From: Candidatus Latescibacterota bacterium | GTDB lineage: Bacteria > Latescibacterota > UBA2968 > UBA8231 | Direction: 5' to 3' | Length of the DNA: 64,000 bases | NCBI GenBank assembly: GCA_965215195.1 | Contig: CBDCDC010000002.1 | Coordinates: 1,664,001-1,728,000, forward strand | In this document: positions 9,059 through 17,793 of the stretch, in pieces | Layout of the letters: the number at the start of each line of letters is the position of its first letter | Numbering within the stretch: the stretch's first letter is position 1 | Position numbers and translations under genes: made by a program | Notes under the pieces: model-generated | Databases searched by the model: none | The model's input: only the letters and a program-made list of their open reading frames with translations | What the model was told of the DNA's origin: nothing

Positions 9059-10234
9059 TCAGTAGGGATGCCAGCTCGGCGACATATCGTCGCGGTCGTC
9101 GTTGTCGGTCAGGTTGATTGGCATCAGCGGTGGCGCGTCCATCTCGTCCAAGTCAAAGCCGGCCGTGCCGACCAAGTAAATATCGTATTCGTCGTCGCCC
9201 ATTTTGCCCGCATACGCTATCCCCTTGCCATCGGGCGACCAGACGGGCTCTTGCTCGTAGGTCTCCTCGGCAATCGAGATGCGGGTCTGCCCTTGGCCAT
9301 CGGCCCGCATAATCATCAGCTCTTGGCCGCCAAATTCCTCTGAGTTGTAAACCAAGTAGTCGCCTTTTGGAGAAAACGACGCGAACCAGTCGAGCTTACG
9401 CCGATTCTCGGTGAGGCGAGTCCGGTTCGACCCGTCGAGCTCAATGAGGTAGATCTCGTCGTTGTCGTCGAAGGCCGAAGAAGTAAAGGCGATGCGGCGG
9501 CCATCGGGCGAAAACGAAGGCTGGCTGCCTTGGACCAACTTCCGCGGATTGGCTCCGTCGGCGTCCATGAGCCAGACAGCCACATCGCCGTCGCGCTGGC
9601 TGACGAAGGCGATCGTCTCGCCGTCGGGCGAAAAGACGCCGCGCTGATCGCGCTCGGGATGTTCGGTTAGGCGCACGGCATTAGAGCCATCGGCATCCAT
9701 GACGTAGAGGTCGATGTTGGTCATCACATCGCCGCGGGTGAAGAGGATCTTCTCGCCATCGGGCGACCAAGAGGGATGCTGCTCGGGTTCGGGAGTGGCG
9801 GTTAGCTGCTGGCGGTCGCTGCCATCGGCCTTGATGGTAAACAAGTCCCAGCTGCGGGTGTTTTTCTGGGTCGAGGCGTAGAGGATCGTGCCCTCGCGTT
9901 TGAAAGCGGCATTGCTCCCCGCGGGAATGTCGAAGATCGCCTCGTAGGTCCGCACGCCCCACAGCGGCGGCGATTCCACTTGCAAGACCTTATTCTCCAT
10001 ATAATCCCCCGCAGCGACATTGACTGCGTACGCACCGCGGCCCAATTCGATCTTGCTGTCCGGCTCGGGCAAGACGTAGGTTCCAGCTTTGACCAAGTGG
10101 TTGTATTTGTATTGGACGTCATTGGCGTCCAAGCGCACGAACTGGCCATCCCCGCCCCGAATTTCAATTTTAACTTGGTTCGAGCCACATCCTGCGACCG
10201 CGGCGACCAAAACCAATGTAGATAGCTTGAACAT
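9059..10234 (-). CDS. TolB-like beta-propeller lipoprotein (PD40 repeats)
   Basis: Lipobox VAGC; repeated WSPDG/FSPDG...MDADGSN..RLT motifs. Confidence 0.9.
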   Translation of the reverse strand: MFKLSTLVLVAAVAGCGSNQVKIEIRGGDGQFVRLDANDVQYKYNHLVKAGTYVLPEPDSKIELGRGAYAVNVAAGDYMENKVLQVESPPLWGVRTYEAIFDIPAGSNAAFKREGTILYASTQKNTRSWDLFTIKADGSDRQQLTATPEPEQHPSWSPDGEKILFTRGDVMTNIDLYVMDADGSNAVRLTEHPERDQRGVFSPDGETIAFVSQRDGDVAVWLMDADGANPRKLVQGSQPSFSPDGRRIAFTSSAFDDNDEIYLIELDGSNRTRLTENRRKLDWFASFSPKGDYLVYNSEEFGGQELMIMRADGQGQTRISIAEETYEQEPVWSPDGKGIAYAGKMGDDEYDIYLVGTAGFDLDEMDAPPLMPINLTDNDDRDDMSPSWHPY

Positions 10235-10290
10235 GTATTCTCCTTACTGACTGATGTTACGCACGGGTGTCTTGGGTTTGAGATGCTGTC

Positions 10291-10329
10291 CTGCCTAAAG
10301 GCGCGGTGAAGCACCCTGCCTTTAGGCAG
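10291..10329. repeat. Palindromic REP-like element (partial second copy at 50806-50828)
   Basis: CTGCCTAAAGGC-GC-GGTG-AAG-CACC-CT-GCCTTTAGGCAG hairpin; 23 bp identical at 50806. Confidence 0.65.
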
Positions 10330-10337
10330 ATCGGCCA

Positions 10338-11021
10338 TCAGGCCAACCCGCTGAGTACCCGCAAGCGCTCGCCGAGGTGATCCATCAGTCCGTTGATATT
10401 GGCGAAGGAAGCCGCGTAGAGCGGTTCGTCAACCCGAAAGTACACCCGCGCACCAGGCCGAGCATAGCTATCGTATTCCAAGCCAATGGGAATCAACGGT
10501 ACGCGCATCCCCAACCGCTTTTCGGCCTGTACCAGATGCTCGACCACTCCCTTTTGCAGCGGCCCCAACTCGTCTTGATAGCGCATGCCTTCCGGGTGCG
10601 AGACGACCAATTCCCCGCGCTGGTACAGCCCGTCTAAATAGTCTTGCATCTGCTGGTTGGCCGCGCGGGCTCGCCGAATCTCGGCGCGGCGTTGCTCGCG
10701 GTCTGCGATCCGCCTGATGTCTTTGGGCCTCTCCACTTTGACCCCCCCCATCCACTCCAGTATCCCCCACAGACCAACCTTCATAACGTAGTTGGCATAG
10801 CGCCGAGTGATCCTGTACAGCAAAACTCCTTCGAGCAGAATGTCGCGGTACGCGCAATGCTTGGGCAAAAGCAGGGCCGGCCCCTCGCGCGGCAGATTGC
10901 GACCGCCTTCGACCGCCAAGCGGTGATAGCGCATGGCACCGGCCGCGAGCAAGCGAGCACAGCAGGCGAGGGCATCTACGCGCTTGATGGAAAAGTCTCT
11001 ATGCTCAGGCTCTGCGGACAT
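10338..11021 (-). CDS. Lysophospholipid/1-acyl-glycerol-3-phosphate acyltransferase family
   Basis: HX4D motif (KHCAYRD), HPEGMR, PLIPIGL. Confidence 0.8.
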   Translation of the reverse strand: MSAEPEHRDFSIKRVDALACCARLLAAGAMRYHRLAVEGGRNLPREGPALLLPKHCAYRDILLEGVLLYRITRRYANYVMKVGLWGILEWMGGVKVERPKDIRRIADREQRRAEIRRARAANQQMQDYLDGLYQRGELVVSHPEGMRYQDELGPLQKGVVEHLVQAEKRLGMRVPLIPIGLEYDSYARPGARVYFRVDEPLYAASFANINGLMDHLGERLRVLSGLA

Positions 11022-11025
11022 GGCC

Positions 11026-11478
11026 CTACCTGAACAAGTCCTTTACCTTGCCCCAAGTGCTTTCGTCCACTTCTGTGGACAAGGGTTGCAGCAGGTCTTG
11101 CCCCGGGCCGGCCAAGTACAAATCGCCTTCGGGATCTATGGCCGCGAAATAATCCCCGTCGGCGTCCAGCCGCGCTTTGATGTACGCGGGCACCTCCGGG
11201 GACTGCGCGGCCATAGCGGCAGACCACAGGGCCAAGCCCTCAACCGCCAGCACTTGTCCGTCGCGGGCAATAGCGACAAACCGCTGCTCGGCATCCTGTG
11301 CGCCCAACTGCCGCCATAGCTGTACGACCCGCTGGCGCTGCGCGGCCCTATCGTGCGAGAAGAGGTAAAATACGCGACTGTCTTCCGGCAGGGCCTTAAT
11401 CTCGCCGCTGCTAATTCCACTCGCTGCGACCAGCAGCAGGACCAAGCCCGTCGTCCATTTCGTCCGTAGTGCGTTCAT
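11026..11478 (-). CDS. Small exported hypothetical protein with C-terminal TWGKVK tail
   Basis: Start MNALRTK after TAAGG RBS; hydrophobic signal; ends STEVDESTWGKVKDLFR. Confidence 0.7.
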   Translation of the reverse strand: MNALRTKWTTGLVLLLVAASGISSGEIKALPEDSRVFYLFSHDRAAQRQRVVQLWRQLGAQDAEQRFVAIARDGQVLAVEGLALWSAAMAAQSPEVPAYIKARLDADGDYFAAIDPEGDLYLAGPGQDLLQPLSTEVDESTWGKVKDLFR

Positions 11479-11485
11479 ATCGACC

Positions 11486-12553
11486 TTATTCGGCGCGAAT
11501 TCCATAGTCCTTTTGCACGGCGTCTTCCCCTTGGAGAATCCTCACCAGCGACAGGTGTTGGCTGAGCACCTGTTCGACTTGCACGACGCCGACCCGGCGC
11601 GGCAGGGACGTTCCCAACACCTCGCCGGTATCCGGGTCTTGCAGTTCCCGCCCCTTGTCCCACACGCCGTACTTGTTGCCTTTCTGCACTGAATCGGCTA
11701 ATCCCACATTAATATAGGCACTCAACCGCACTCGCACAGATTGGCCGTTCTGCACGGTATCAGCCACCACCTCTATGATTTTCGGCTCGGAGACCTTGAG
11801 CGCGGCCGGGGGTTGGATGAGGCTGTCTAGCCCGGCGGCCAAGTGCGCCAGACATCGGCTCACCGACTTGCCCAGCAAGGTCTGGTGAAACTCCTCACTG
11901 CCCCACTCCATCTGCCCCAAGAGAAAGTACTCCTTTTCCAGCGGCACGTAGGCCGCCGGGTTGGTGATCCCATAGCGCTTGCTGTCCTCAGCTACTTCCC
12001 GCACCACCTCGCCGGCGGCTTCCCCGTCGATGACCTTATAGGGATGTAGCTGCACCGTGGTCAAGCCCTGATAGCTGCGATAACCGCCGATGGGCACGGT
12101 GGCGCGAAAGCGCCTCATGCTCATCTCGTCGATCTGCCCCAAGACGACGTAGTCAGCGTCCAGCTCGCGGCCAATGCTCAAGGCGCGCTCGACATTGAGC
12201 TTGCCTTGCAATTCCTTCTTTTTTAATCGCACGAGCGCCGAATCAATGGACACAGTGCTAAAAAAGGCACTGCTGCGCAGCGAATCGGCCAAGCCGCGGG
12301 GCATGGCCGAGTAGATGTCCCACTCGCCCTTGTATTTCGACTTGTCGCGAAAGGGCATAAAGAGCAGGCGCTGCTTCAACCCTTCCGAAAAGGTGCTGTC
12401 GCTGACCACCGGCCCCTTTGGGGCCTCTTCCTCTTCTTCTTGATCGCCCAACCCCATAATCGGCACCACAGCCGCCCCTCCGTCTGCCCCCCAGTACAGC
12501 GCGGCCAGCAAAGCGAGTCCCCCCCGCAAAAACCATCTGTGTCTATCGGACAT
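11486..12553 (-). CDS. CsgG/TolB-N/FlgT-like exported protein
   Basis: Start MSDRHRW overlaps the larA stop (TGATG); IGRELDADYVVLGQI (CsgG-like) and YINVG...VQKGNKYGV...DPDTGEVLG (FlgT C-terminal-like). Confidence 0.65.
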   Translation of the reverse strand: MSDRHRWFLRGGLALLAALYWGADGGAAVVPIMGLGDQEEEEEAPKGPVVSDSTFSEGLKQRLLFMPFRDKSKYKGEWDIYSAMPRGLADSLRSSAFFSTVSIDSALVRLKKKELQGKLNVERALSIGRELDADYVVLGQIDEMSMRRFRATVPIGGYRSYQGLTTVQLHPYKVIDGEAAGEVVREVAEDSKRYGITNPAAYVPLEKEYFLLGQMEWGSEEFHQTLLGKSVSRCLAHLAAGLDSLIQPPAALKVSEPKIIEVVADTVQNGQSVRVRLSAYINVGLADSVQKGNKYGVWDKGRELQDPDTGEVLGTSLPRRVGVVQVEQVLSQHLSLVRILQGEDAVQKDYGIRAE

Positions 12554-13827
12554 CAGTGCCCTCCTTTGGTTTGCGTGAGTACGTAAGGCCCTTGGGGCAC
12601 GACCGCTATGCGCGCCCCGGCACCGTGCCGCGCCAGCGCCGCGGCTAGCCCTTGCTCCACAGAGGAAATGACCTCGACCCACACCTCGTCGCGGTACTGA
12701 GGATCAATGCCCTCCGAGTAGAACATGACCTCGGCCTTGTCGAGTACCTTGCACAACTCTTGCAACTGCCATTGGTCGATGGCGAAGAAATCGGGATCCG
12801 CGAGGCGGGCCGCGAATTCGGCCGCAGCGGATGAGCCGAGCAGCATCTCGGCAAATTCCGCGCTGCCCAAGCCCTCGGCGCAGCGAGCGGCAATGAGGAT
12901 CGTCCCGCCCTCTTTGACGATGGGCAACACCGCCGTCAGGCCCTTGACAGCTTGGTAAAACGTCAAGTCCAGCGGCCAGCCGGCGCTGCTGGTGACCGCG
13001 ATGTCGAACGGCTCGTCGACCAAGACGCCGTTCTGCCGCTCGACGAAGCGGGCCCCTTCGGCATGGGCCTTCTCTAGGTCGCCACAGAACAGGCCGGTAA
13101 TTTGCCGCCGGTCGTTCATAGCCACATTGAACGTAAAATCAACGCCAGCGCGCTGCGCCACTTCGAGGGCTTGGCGGTGGAAAGGGTTGCCTTCAATGGA
13201 GCCTTCGCACGCCCGAGGGTGGCCCAACAGCTCGGGGCCGTGCAGGATGCGCATCGTCTCAATGCCCATCAATCCCGGGCAAATGGCCTTGCGGCCACCC
13301 GAGTACCCGGCCATCAAGTGCGGCTCGATCAGGGAGGTGGCGATTTTTAGGTCGGCCTCCACGTAGAGCGCGGCGATCCATATTGGGGCACCGCCCGAGG
13401 TTTCCCCCAGATACGCGAGGGTCTCGCGGCGGCGGGCGGCGTGGTTGACGATGCGATAGTTGCCGGCGATATCGGCCCCGACGAGCTGCACCAATTCCCC
13501 GCCTTCGTTGGGCCGGTGCAGGCCGGTGCCGACCAACAAGGTAATATCCTCGCGGGCGATGCCTTCCTCTTCAAGGATCCGCAGCATCGGCGGCAAAAGG
13601 ACGGCGTTGGGCACCGGGCGGGTAATATCGGCAATAACCACGCAGGCATTTTTGCGCCCCCGCGCCAGCCGCCGCAAGGCCGGAGTCCCTATCGGATGGG
13701 CCAATGCACACGCGATCCGCTCCTCGATCCGGTCGAGCCCTTCACTCGGAGCCATCTGCAATACCTCGGCCGAGTCCGGCACTTCGATTTCGAGGCCGTC
13801 GCGGCCATAGTCGAGCTTTACTTTCAT
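12553..13827 (-). CDS. larA: Nickel-pincer-dependent lactate racemase / alpha-hydroxy acid epimerase, LarA family
   Basis: ADITRPVPN, GTGLHRP, IEPHLMAGYSGGRKAICPG, DLTFYQAVKG motifs. Confidence 0.88.
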   Translation of the reverse strand: MKVKLDYGRDGLEIEVPDSAEVLQMAPSEGLDRIEERIACALAHPIGTPALRRLARGRKNACVVIADITRPVPNAVLLPPMLRILEEEGIAREDITLLVGTGLHRPNEGGELVQLVGADIAGNYRIVNHAARRRETLAYLGETSGGAPIWIAALYVEADLKIATSLIEPHLMAGYSGGRKAICPGLMGIETMRILHGPELLGHPRACEGSIEGNPFHRQALEVAQRAGVDFTFNVAMNDRRQITGLFCGDLEKAHAEGARFVERQNGVLVDEPFDIAVTSSAGWPLDLTFYQAVKGLTAVLPIVKEGGTILIAARCAEGLGSAEFAEMLLGSSAAAEFAARLADPDFFAIDQWQLQELCKVLDKAEVMFYSEGIDPQYRDEVWVEVISSVEQGLAAALARHGAGARIAVVPQGPYVLTQTKGGH

Positions 13828-13837
13828 TTATATATGC

Positions 13838-14707
13838 CTAGGCCAATTTGTCCTCGAGATACGCGCGAAACGCCGCGCCGAACTCCCGGTCGGCCAAGGC
13901 GAAATCCGCAAAGGCCCGGTAGTACGTAAGCGGCGTTCCTATGTCGTAGCGCGCCTCATCGCTTGCAAGGCGCGTACAGCGGACCTCGGCCCCGCGCTGG
14001 ATCAGGACGCGGATGGCATCGGTCAACCACAACTCGCCGCCAACTCCAGGCTCAATCTCGTCAATAGCGGCGAAAATCTCCGGCGAAAAAATATAGCGGG
14101 CCGCAACCGCCAGACAACTCGGCGCAGCTTCCACCGGCGGTTTTTCAACAATATCGGCGATGGCAAAGTCGTCGTCGGCCTCGCCTTGCGGTATGACGAC
14201 CCCGTACTTGTAGGTCTCCTCGCGCGGCACTTCCCATACGCCAATGGTGGCGGCCGCACCCCGTTGGACGTGCGACTGCATCATCCGGCCGACCACGCCC
14301 GGCACCCGCGGCGAGGCGATGATCGTGTCGCCGAACCCCACCACGAATGGCTCGTCGCCCACGAATTCCCGCGCTTGGCGCACGGCATCGGCATTGCCGG
14401 CCGGCCGGCGCTGCCGCACATAGTAGAATTCAACGCCCTCGGCCGCGTAGTCAACCTCCCCGATCGCGCTGGCACCCAAGTGCGCCGCGAGCTCGGGATC
14501 GTCGTCGAAGTGATCCTCAATCGAGCGCTTCTTGCGGCCCGTTACAAAGAGAAACTTGTCCAACCCCTGCTCGATCATCTCCTCAACCACGTACTGCACG
14601 ACCGGCTTGCAACCAACGGGCAGCATCTCCTTAGGTTGGGACTTGGTCGCCGGCAGCAGGCGAGTACCCAAACCCGCGACGGGGAATACGGCTTTGCGAA
14701 TCGGCAC
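13838..14707 (-). CDS. galU: UTP-glucose-1-phosphate uridylyltransferase
   Basis: KAVFPVAGLGTRLLPATKSQPKEMLPV, VEKP, RYDIG. Confidence 0.88.
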   Translation of the reverse strand: MPIRKAVFPVAGLGTRLLPATKSQPKEMLPVGCKPVVQYVVEEMIEQGLDKFLFVTGRKKRSIEDHFDDDPELAAHLGASAIGEVDYAAEGVEFYYVRQRRPAGNADAVRQAREFVGDEPFVVGFGDTIIASPRVPGVVGRMMQSHVQRGAAATIGVWEVPREETYKYGVVIPQGEADDDFAIADIVEKPPVEAAPSCLAVAARYIFSPEIFAAIDEIEPGVGGELWLTDAIRVLIQRGAEVRCTRLASDEARYDIGTPLTYYRAFADFALADREFGAAFRAYLEDKLA

Positions 14708-14809
14708 GATTTCTTTTTAATTTAAGTTTAAGAGAATCAAGGACATAACTAAAAATAGCACCTAGTGAAAATAGGGTGCAAGAGGTGCTAAATCAAGCCC
14801 GGCCTACCC

Positions 14810-15856
14810 ATGTTTGACTTGGCCCCAACTCGCCTGCGCACCCTCGTGGAAGCGTTTCCCGCGCTACGCATCGGCGTAGTCGGCGACTTTTTCCTCGACT
14901 CCTATCTCGAATGCGACCCATCCCTCCACGAAAAGTCGCTGGAGACCGGCAAGACCTGCTATCAGGTGATCGGCTACCGCCGCCAACCCGGGGCTGCCGG
15001 CAATGTGGCCGCCAACTTGCGCACCCTCGGCGTGGGTGCGGTCGAGGCCGTGGGCTATTGCGGCGACGACGGCGAAGGCTACGAACTGCGGCGGGCCATG
15101 CGCCGACTGGGCCTAGACTTGACGGGCTTTTTCACCGCTCCGGGCCGCCTGACCCCGACCTATGACAAGCCCTGCTACGTCGCTAGCAGCCAGCGCGGCC
15201 GACCCGTACTCGAGGAACTAGAGCGGCTCGATGTCAAAAACCGCCGCCCGACCCCTGCCAGCCTCCAACGCGCGCTCATCGCCCACGTCCGCCAGCGTCT
15301 AAGCCACTGGGACGGACTCGTACTCAGCGACCAAGTCGCCGAAGCCAATTGCGGCGTCCTCACCACGCGCGTGCGCCGCGCCATCGCCGCTGCACTCGGC
15401 CCCCAGCCAGAGCTTGTAGCCCTCGCCGATTCGCGCATGCGCATCGGGCTCTTCAAGCGCACCATCCTCAAGCCCAACCAGCGCGAGGCTTGGGCCGCGC
15501 TCGGCGGCCACGGGCACTTGTCGCTCGAGGCCGCACACCACCACGCCCACGTGCTCAGCAACCAGACCGGTCGCCCGGTATTTCTAACGCTTGGCAAGAG
15601 GGGAATACTCGTAGCCGACGGCAACGCAGTCGAGCGCGTACCGGCCGTGTGCCTCACCGCACCCGTCGACCCGGTCGGTGCCGGGGACACTTGTGCGGCC
15701 GCCCTCTGCGCGGCCCTATCGGCAGGTGCCGGGCTGACGGAAGCGGCGACCGTAGCCTGCTTGGCTGCGTCCATTACCGCTCAGCAGGTCGGCACGACCG
15801 GCACGGCTTCGCCCACCGATCTGAGCCGCCGCTTGCATCAGTTGCGGCGCAGCTAG
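14810..15856 (+). CDS. PfkB-family sugar kinase (HldE/RfaE kinase-domain-like)
   Basis: VVGDFFLD, PGAAGNVAANL, LKPNQREA, DPVGAGD. Confidence 0.85.
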   Translation: MFDLAPTRLRTLVEAFPALRIGVVGDFFLDSYLECDPSLHEKSLETGKTCYQVIGYRRQPGAAGNVAANLRTLGVGAVEAVGYCGDDGEGYELRRAMRRLGLDLTGFFTAPGRLTPTYDKPCYVASSQRGRPVLEELERLDVKNRRPTPASLQRALIAHVRQRLSHWDGLVLSDQVAEANCGVLTTRVRRAIAAALGPQPELVALADSRMRIGLFKRTILKPNQREAWAALGGHGHLSLEAAHHHAHVLSNQTGRPVFLTLGKRGILVADGNAVERVPAVCLTAPVDPVGAGDTCAAALCAALSAGAGLTEAATVACLAASITAQQVGTTGTASPTDLSRRLHQLRRS

Positions 15857-17691
15857 GATGCGTAGGTCTGTTCGACGACTGTGCGATACCGCTCGACGAT
15901 CGCCTTGGGCACGACCTTCTTCAGGCCCTTGGTCAAGGTCCCGGCGTCCTCGCTCAGCGGCTCGGGCAAGAGCGCGACGCGCTGCGGCCGCTGGTAGCTC
16001 GGCAAGCCGGCGGCTGTGGCCTCGGCGAGAAGCCCGGCGCGGATTTGCTCGCCCAAGCTCGGATGCGTGCGCAGAGCGGCCTCGTCCTCTATCGGCAACC
16101 CGTCAATGCCGCTCTTTTTCGCCTCTTCCACATCCACCGTCACCAACGGCAGAGGGTAGTCGCGCTGCTGGTCGCCGTACACGATCACGTGCTCAACTAA
16201 GGGCACCCGGGCGAAAATCCGCTCCAAGGCTTCGGGATTGACGAACTCGCCGTTGCGCAGCTTGAACTGCCGGCCAACCCGCCCGTGGAACGTGAGAAAG
16301 CCCTCGTCGTCCATGCTGAACAAGTCGCCGGTCCGATACCAGATCTGGCCGCCCTCCTCCACCAGCACCTGCTCGGTCTGCGCGGGGTCGCGTAAATACC
16401 CGCGCATGACGTTGGGGCCGCTGGTCCACAGCTCCCCGACCTGGTCGCGGCTGGGCCGGCACTCGGCCTGCGCTGGATCGTTGTACCCAATTTCCGACCC
16501 GTCTTCGGCCACGATCTTCACCGCTTGCAACGGCCTCCCCACCGTGCCGCTCTTGCGCCCGCCGAGATGGTTGGCGGCAATCAGGGGTGCACACTCGGTC
16601 GTGCCGTAGCCTTCGTACGTAGTGATGTCGAGCACTTCGTGAAAAAAGTCCAAGGCCTGGGGATCGGCCTTGGCCGAGCCCACGATCAAAAGCTCTAGAT
16701 GAGGCCCGACCCGCGTGGCGAGCTGAGCGCGGATTTTGCCGATGATGGAACGGCCTAGGGCGGCCAAAAAGAGCTTGTCGCCCAGCCCAGCTTGGCCGCG
16801 CACCAACCGCTCCTTGGCCGCAACTGAGCGCTGGATCAAGCCCCCCTTGACGCCGCCGCCGTCGATTTCCTTGCGCACATTGCCGTACACTTTGTCGAGG
16901 ATCAGCGGCACGGTGAGAAAGCCCTCCGGCTCGGAGAGGCGGATATCGCTGAGGACGCGGTCGGGCGAGCGCGCCAAGTCCAAAATCCACCCCTTGGCCA
17001 AGGGATAGTAGATGTTGAGAATTCCCATAGAGTGGTAGTCGGGCGCGGACTTGAACATGCGGAGAGGATGGCGCGTGCTAATCACGTCCCAAACCTCTTC
17101 GACGTTGGCGACGATGTTGGCGTGGGTCTGGATCACGCCCTTGGGCAGGCCGGACGAACCCGAGGTATAGAGAATTTTCGCTTCGTCTTCCGGCAGCAGT
17201 TCGACCTCGGGGACGGCCGCGCTGCTCTCGGCCAACTCGTCCCACGAGATCGCGTCCTCGGCTTGGCCCTCGGTCAACGCGATTTGCGGCGTCTTGTCGA
17301 GCCGCTGCCGAATCGCACCCAACCGCTCGTAGCCCTTGCGATCCACCACCAGCAATTCGACCGCAGAGTGCGCGATGCTGTGGGCGAGCACCTCGTCCGG
17401 CGACTGGATGCACAGCGGCACTGCACTGACCCCGATGCAGTCGGTCGCCAAAAAAATCAAGAGCGGCTCGCTGCCGCCATCGGTGAGGATGCCCACGCGC
17501 TGGCCCTTGGCCAAGCCCTGCGCCGCAAGGCCCGCCGCAAGCCGATCGCGGCGGCTTTTGAGCGCGGCGTAGGTCACGGGCTGGTAGGTCCATGCGCGGC
17601 TGCCCTCTACGGGTTCGAGCACGCGAATGGCCGTCTGTTCGGCATACGTTGCGAAGCTATGGTTGAGTAGGTCCTTCAGGGTTTTTCCCAT
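15853..17691 (-). CDS. Long-chain fatty acid-CoA ligase (AMP-binding)
   Basis: YTSGSSGLPKGV, YEGYGTTE, YRTGD; probable start MGKTLKD at 17691. Confidence 0.88.
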   Translation of the reverse strand: MGKTLKDLLNHSFATYAEQTAIRVLEPVEGSRAWTYQPVTYAALKSRRDRLAAGLAAQGLAKGQRVGILTDGGSEPLLIFLATDCIGVSAVPLCIQSPDEVLAHSIAHSAVELLVVDRKGYERLGAIRQRLDKTPQIALTEGQAEDAISWDELAESSAAVPEVELLPEDEAKILYTSGSSGLPKGVIQTHANIVANVEEVWDVISTRHPLRMFKSAPDYHSMGILNIYYPLAKGWILDLARSPDRVLSDIRLSEPEGFLTVPLILDKVYGNVRKEIDGGGVKGGLIQRSVAAKERLVRGQAGLGDKLFLAALGRSIIGKIRAQLATRVGPHLELLIVGSAKADPQALDFFHEVLDITTYEGYGTTECAPLIAANHLGGRKSGTVGRPLQAVKIVAEDGSEIGYNDPAQAECRPSRDQVGELWTSGPNVMRGYLRDPAQTEQVLVEEGGQIWYRTGDLFSMDDEGFLTFHGRVGRQFKLRNGEFVNPEALERIFARVPLVEHVIVYGDQQRDYPLPLVTVDVEEAKKSGIDGLPIEDEAALRTHPSLGEQIRAGLLAEATAAGLPSYQRPQRVALLPEPLSEDAGTLTKGLKKVVPKAIVERYRTVVEQTYAS

Positions 17692-17793
17692 CGCAAGCCT
17701 CTTTCCGGTGATTTGTATCGTCGTGGTTTGCGGCGCGCAAAAAGGGCCGCCCCAGCCATTGCACCCGCGGCCCGGCGACCGCATCTTTCCTAT

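Noticed and set aside
14810-15856. Calling this gene hldE/rfaE
   Set aside because: Only the kinase-like domain is present and no heptose-pathway neighbours; left as PfkB family.
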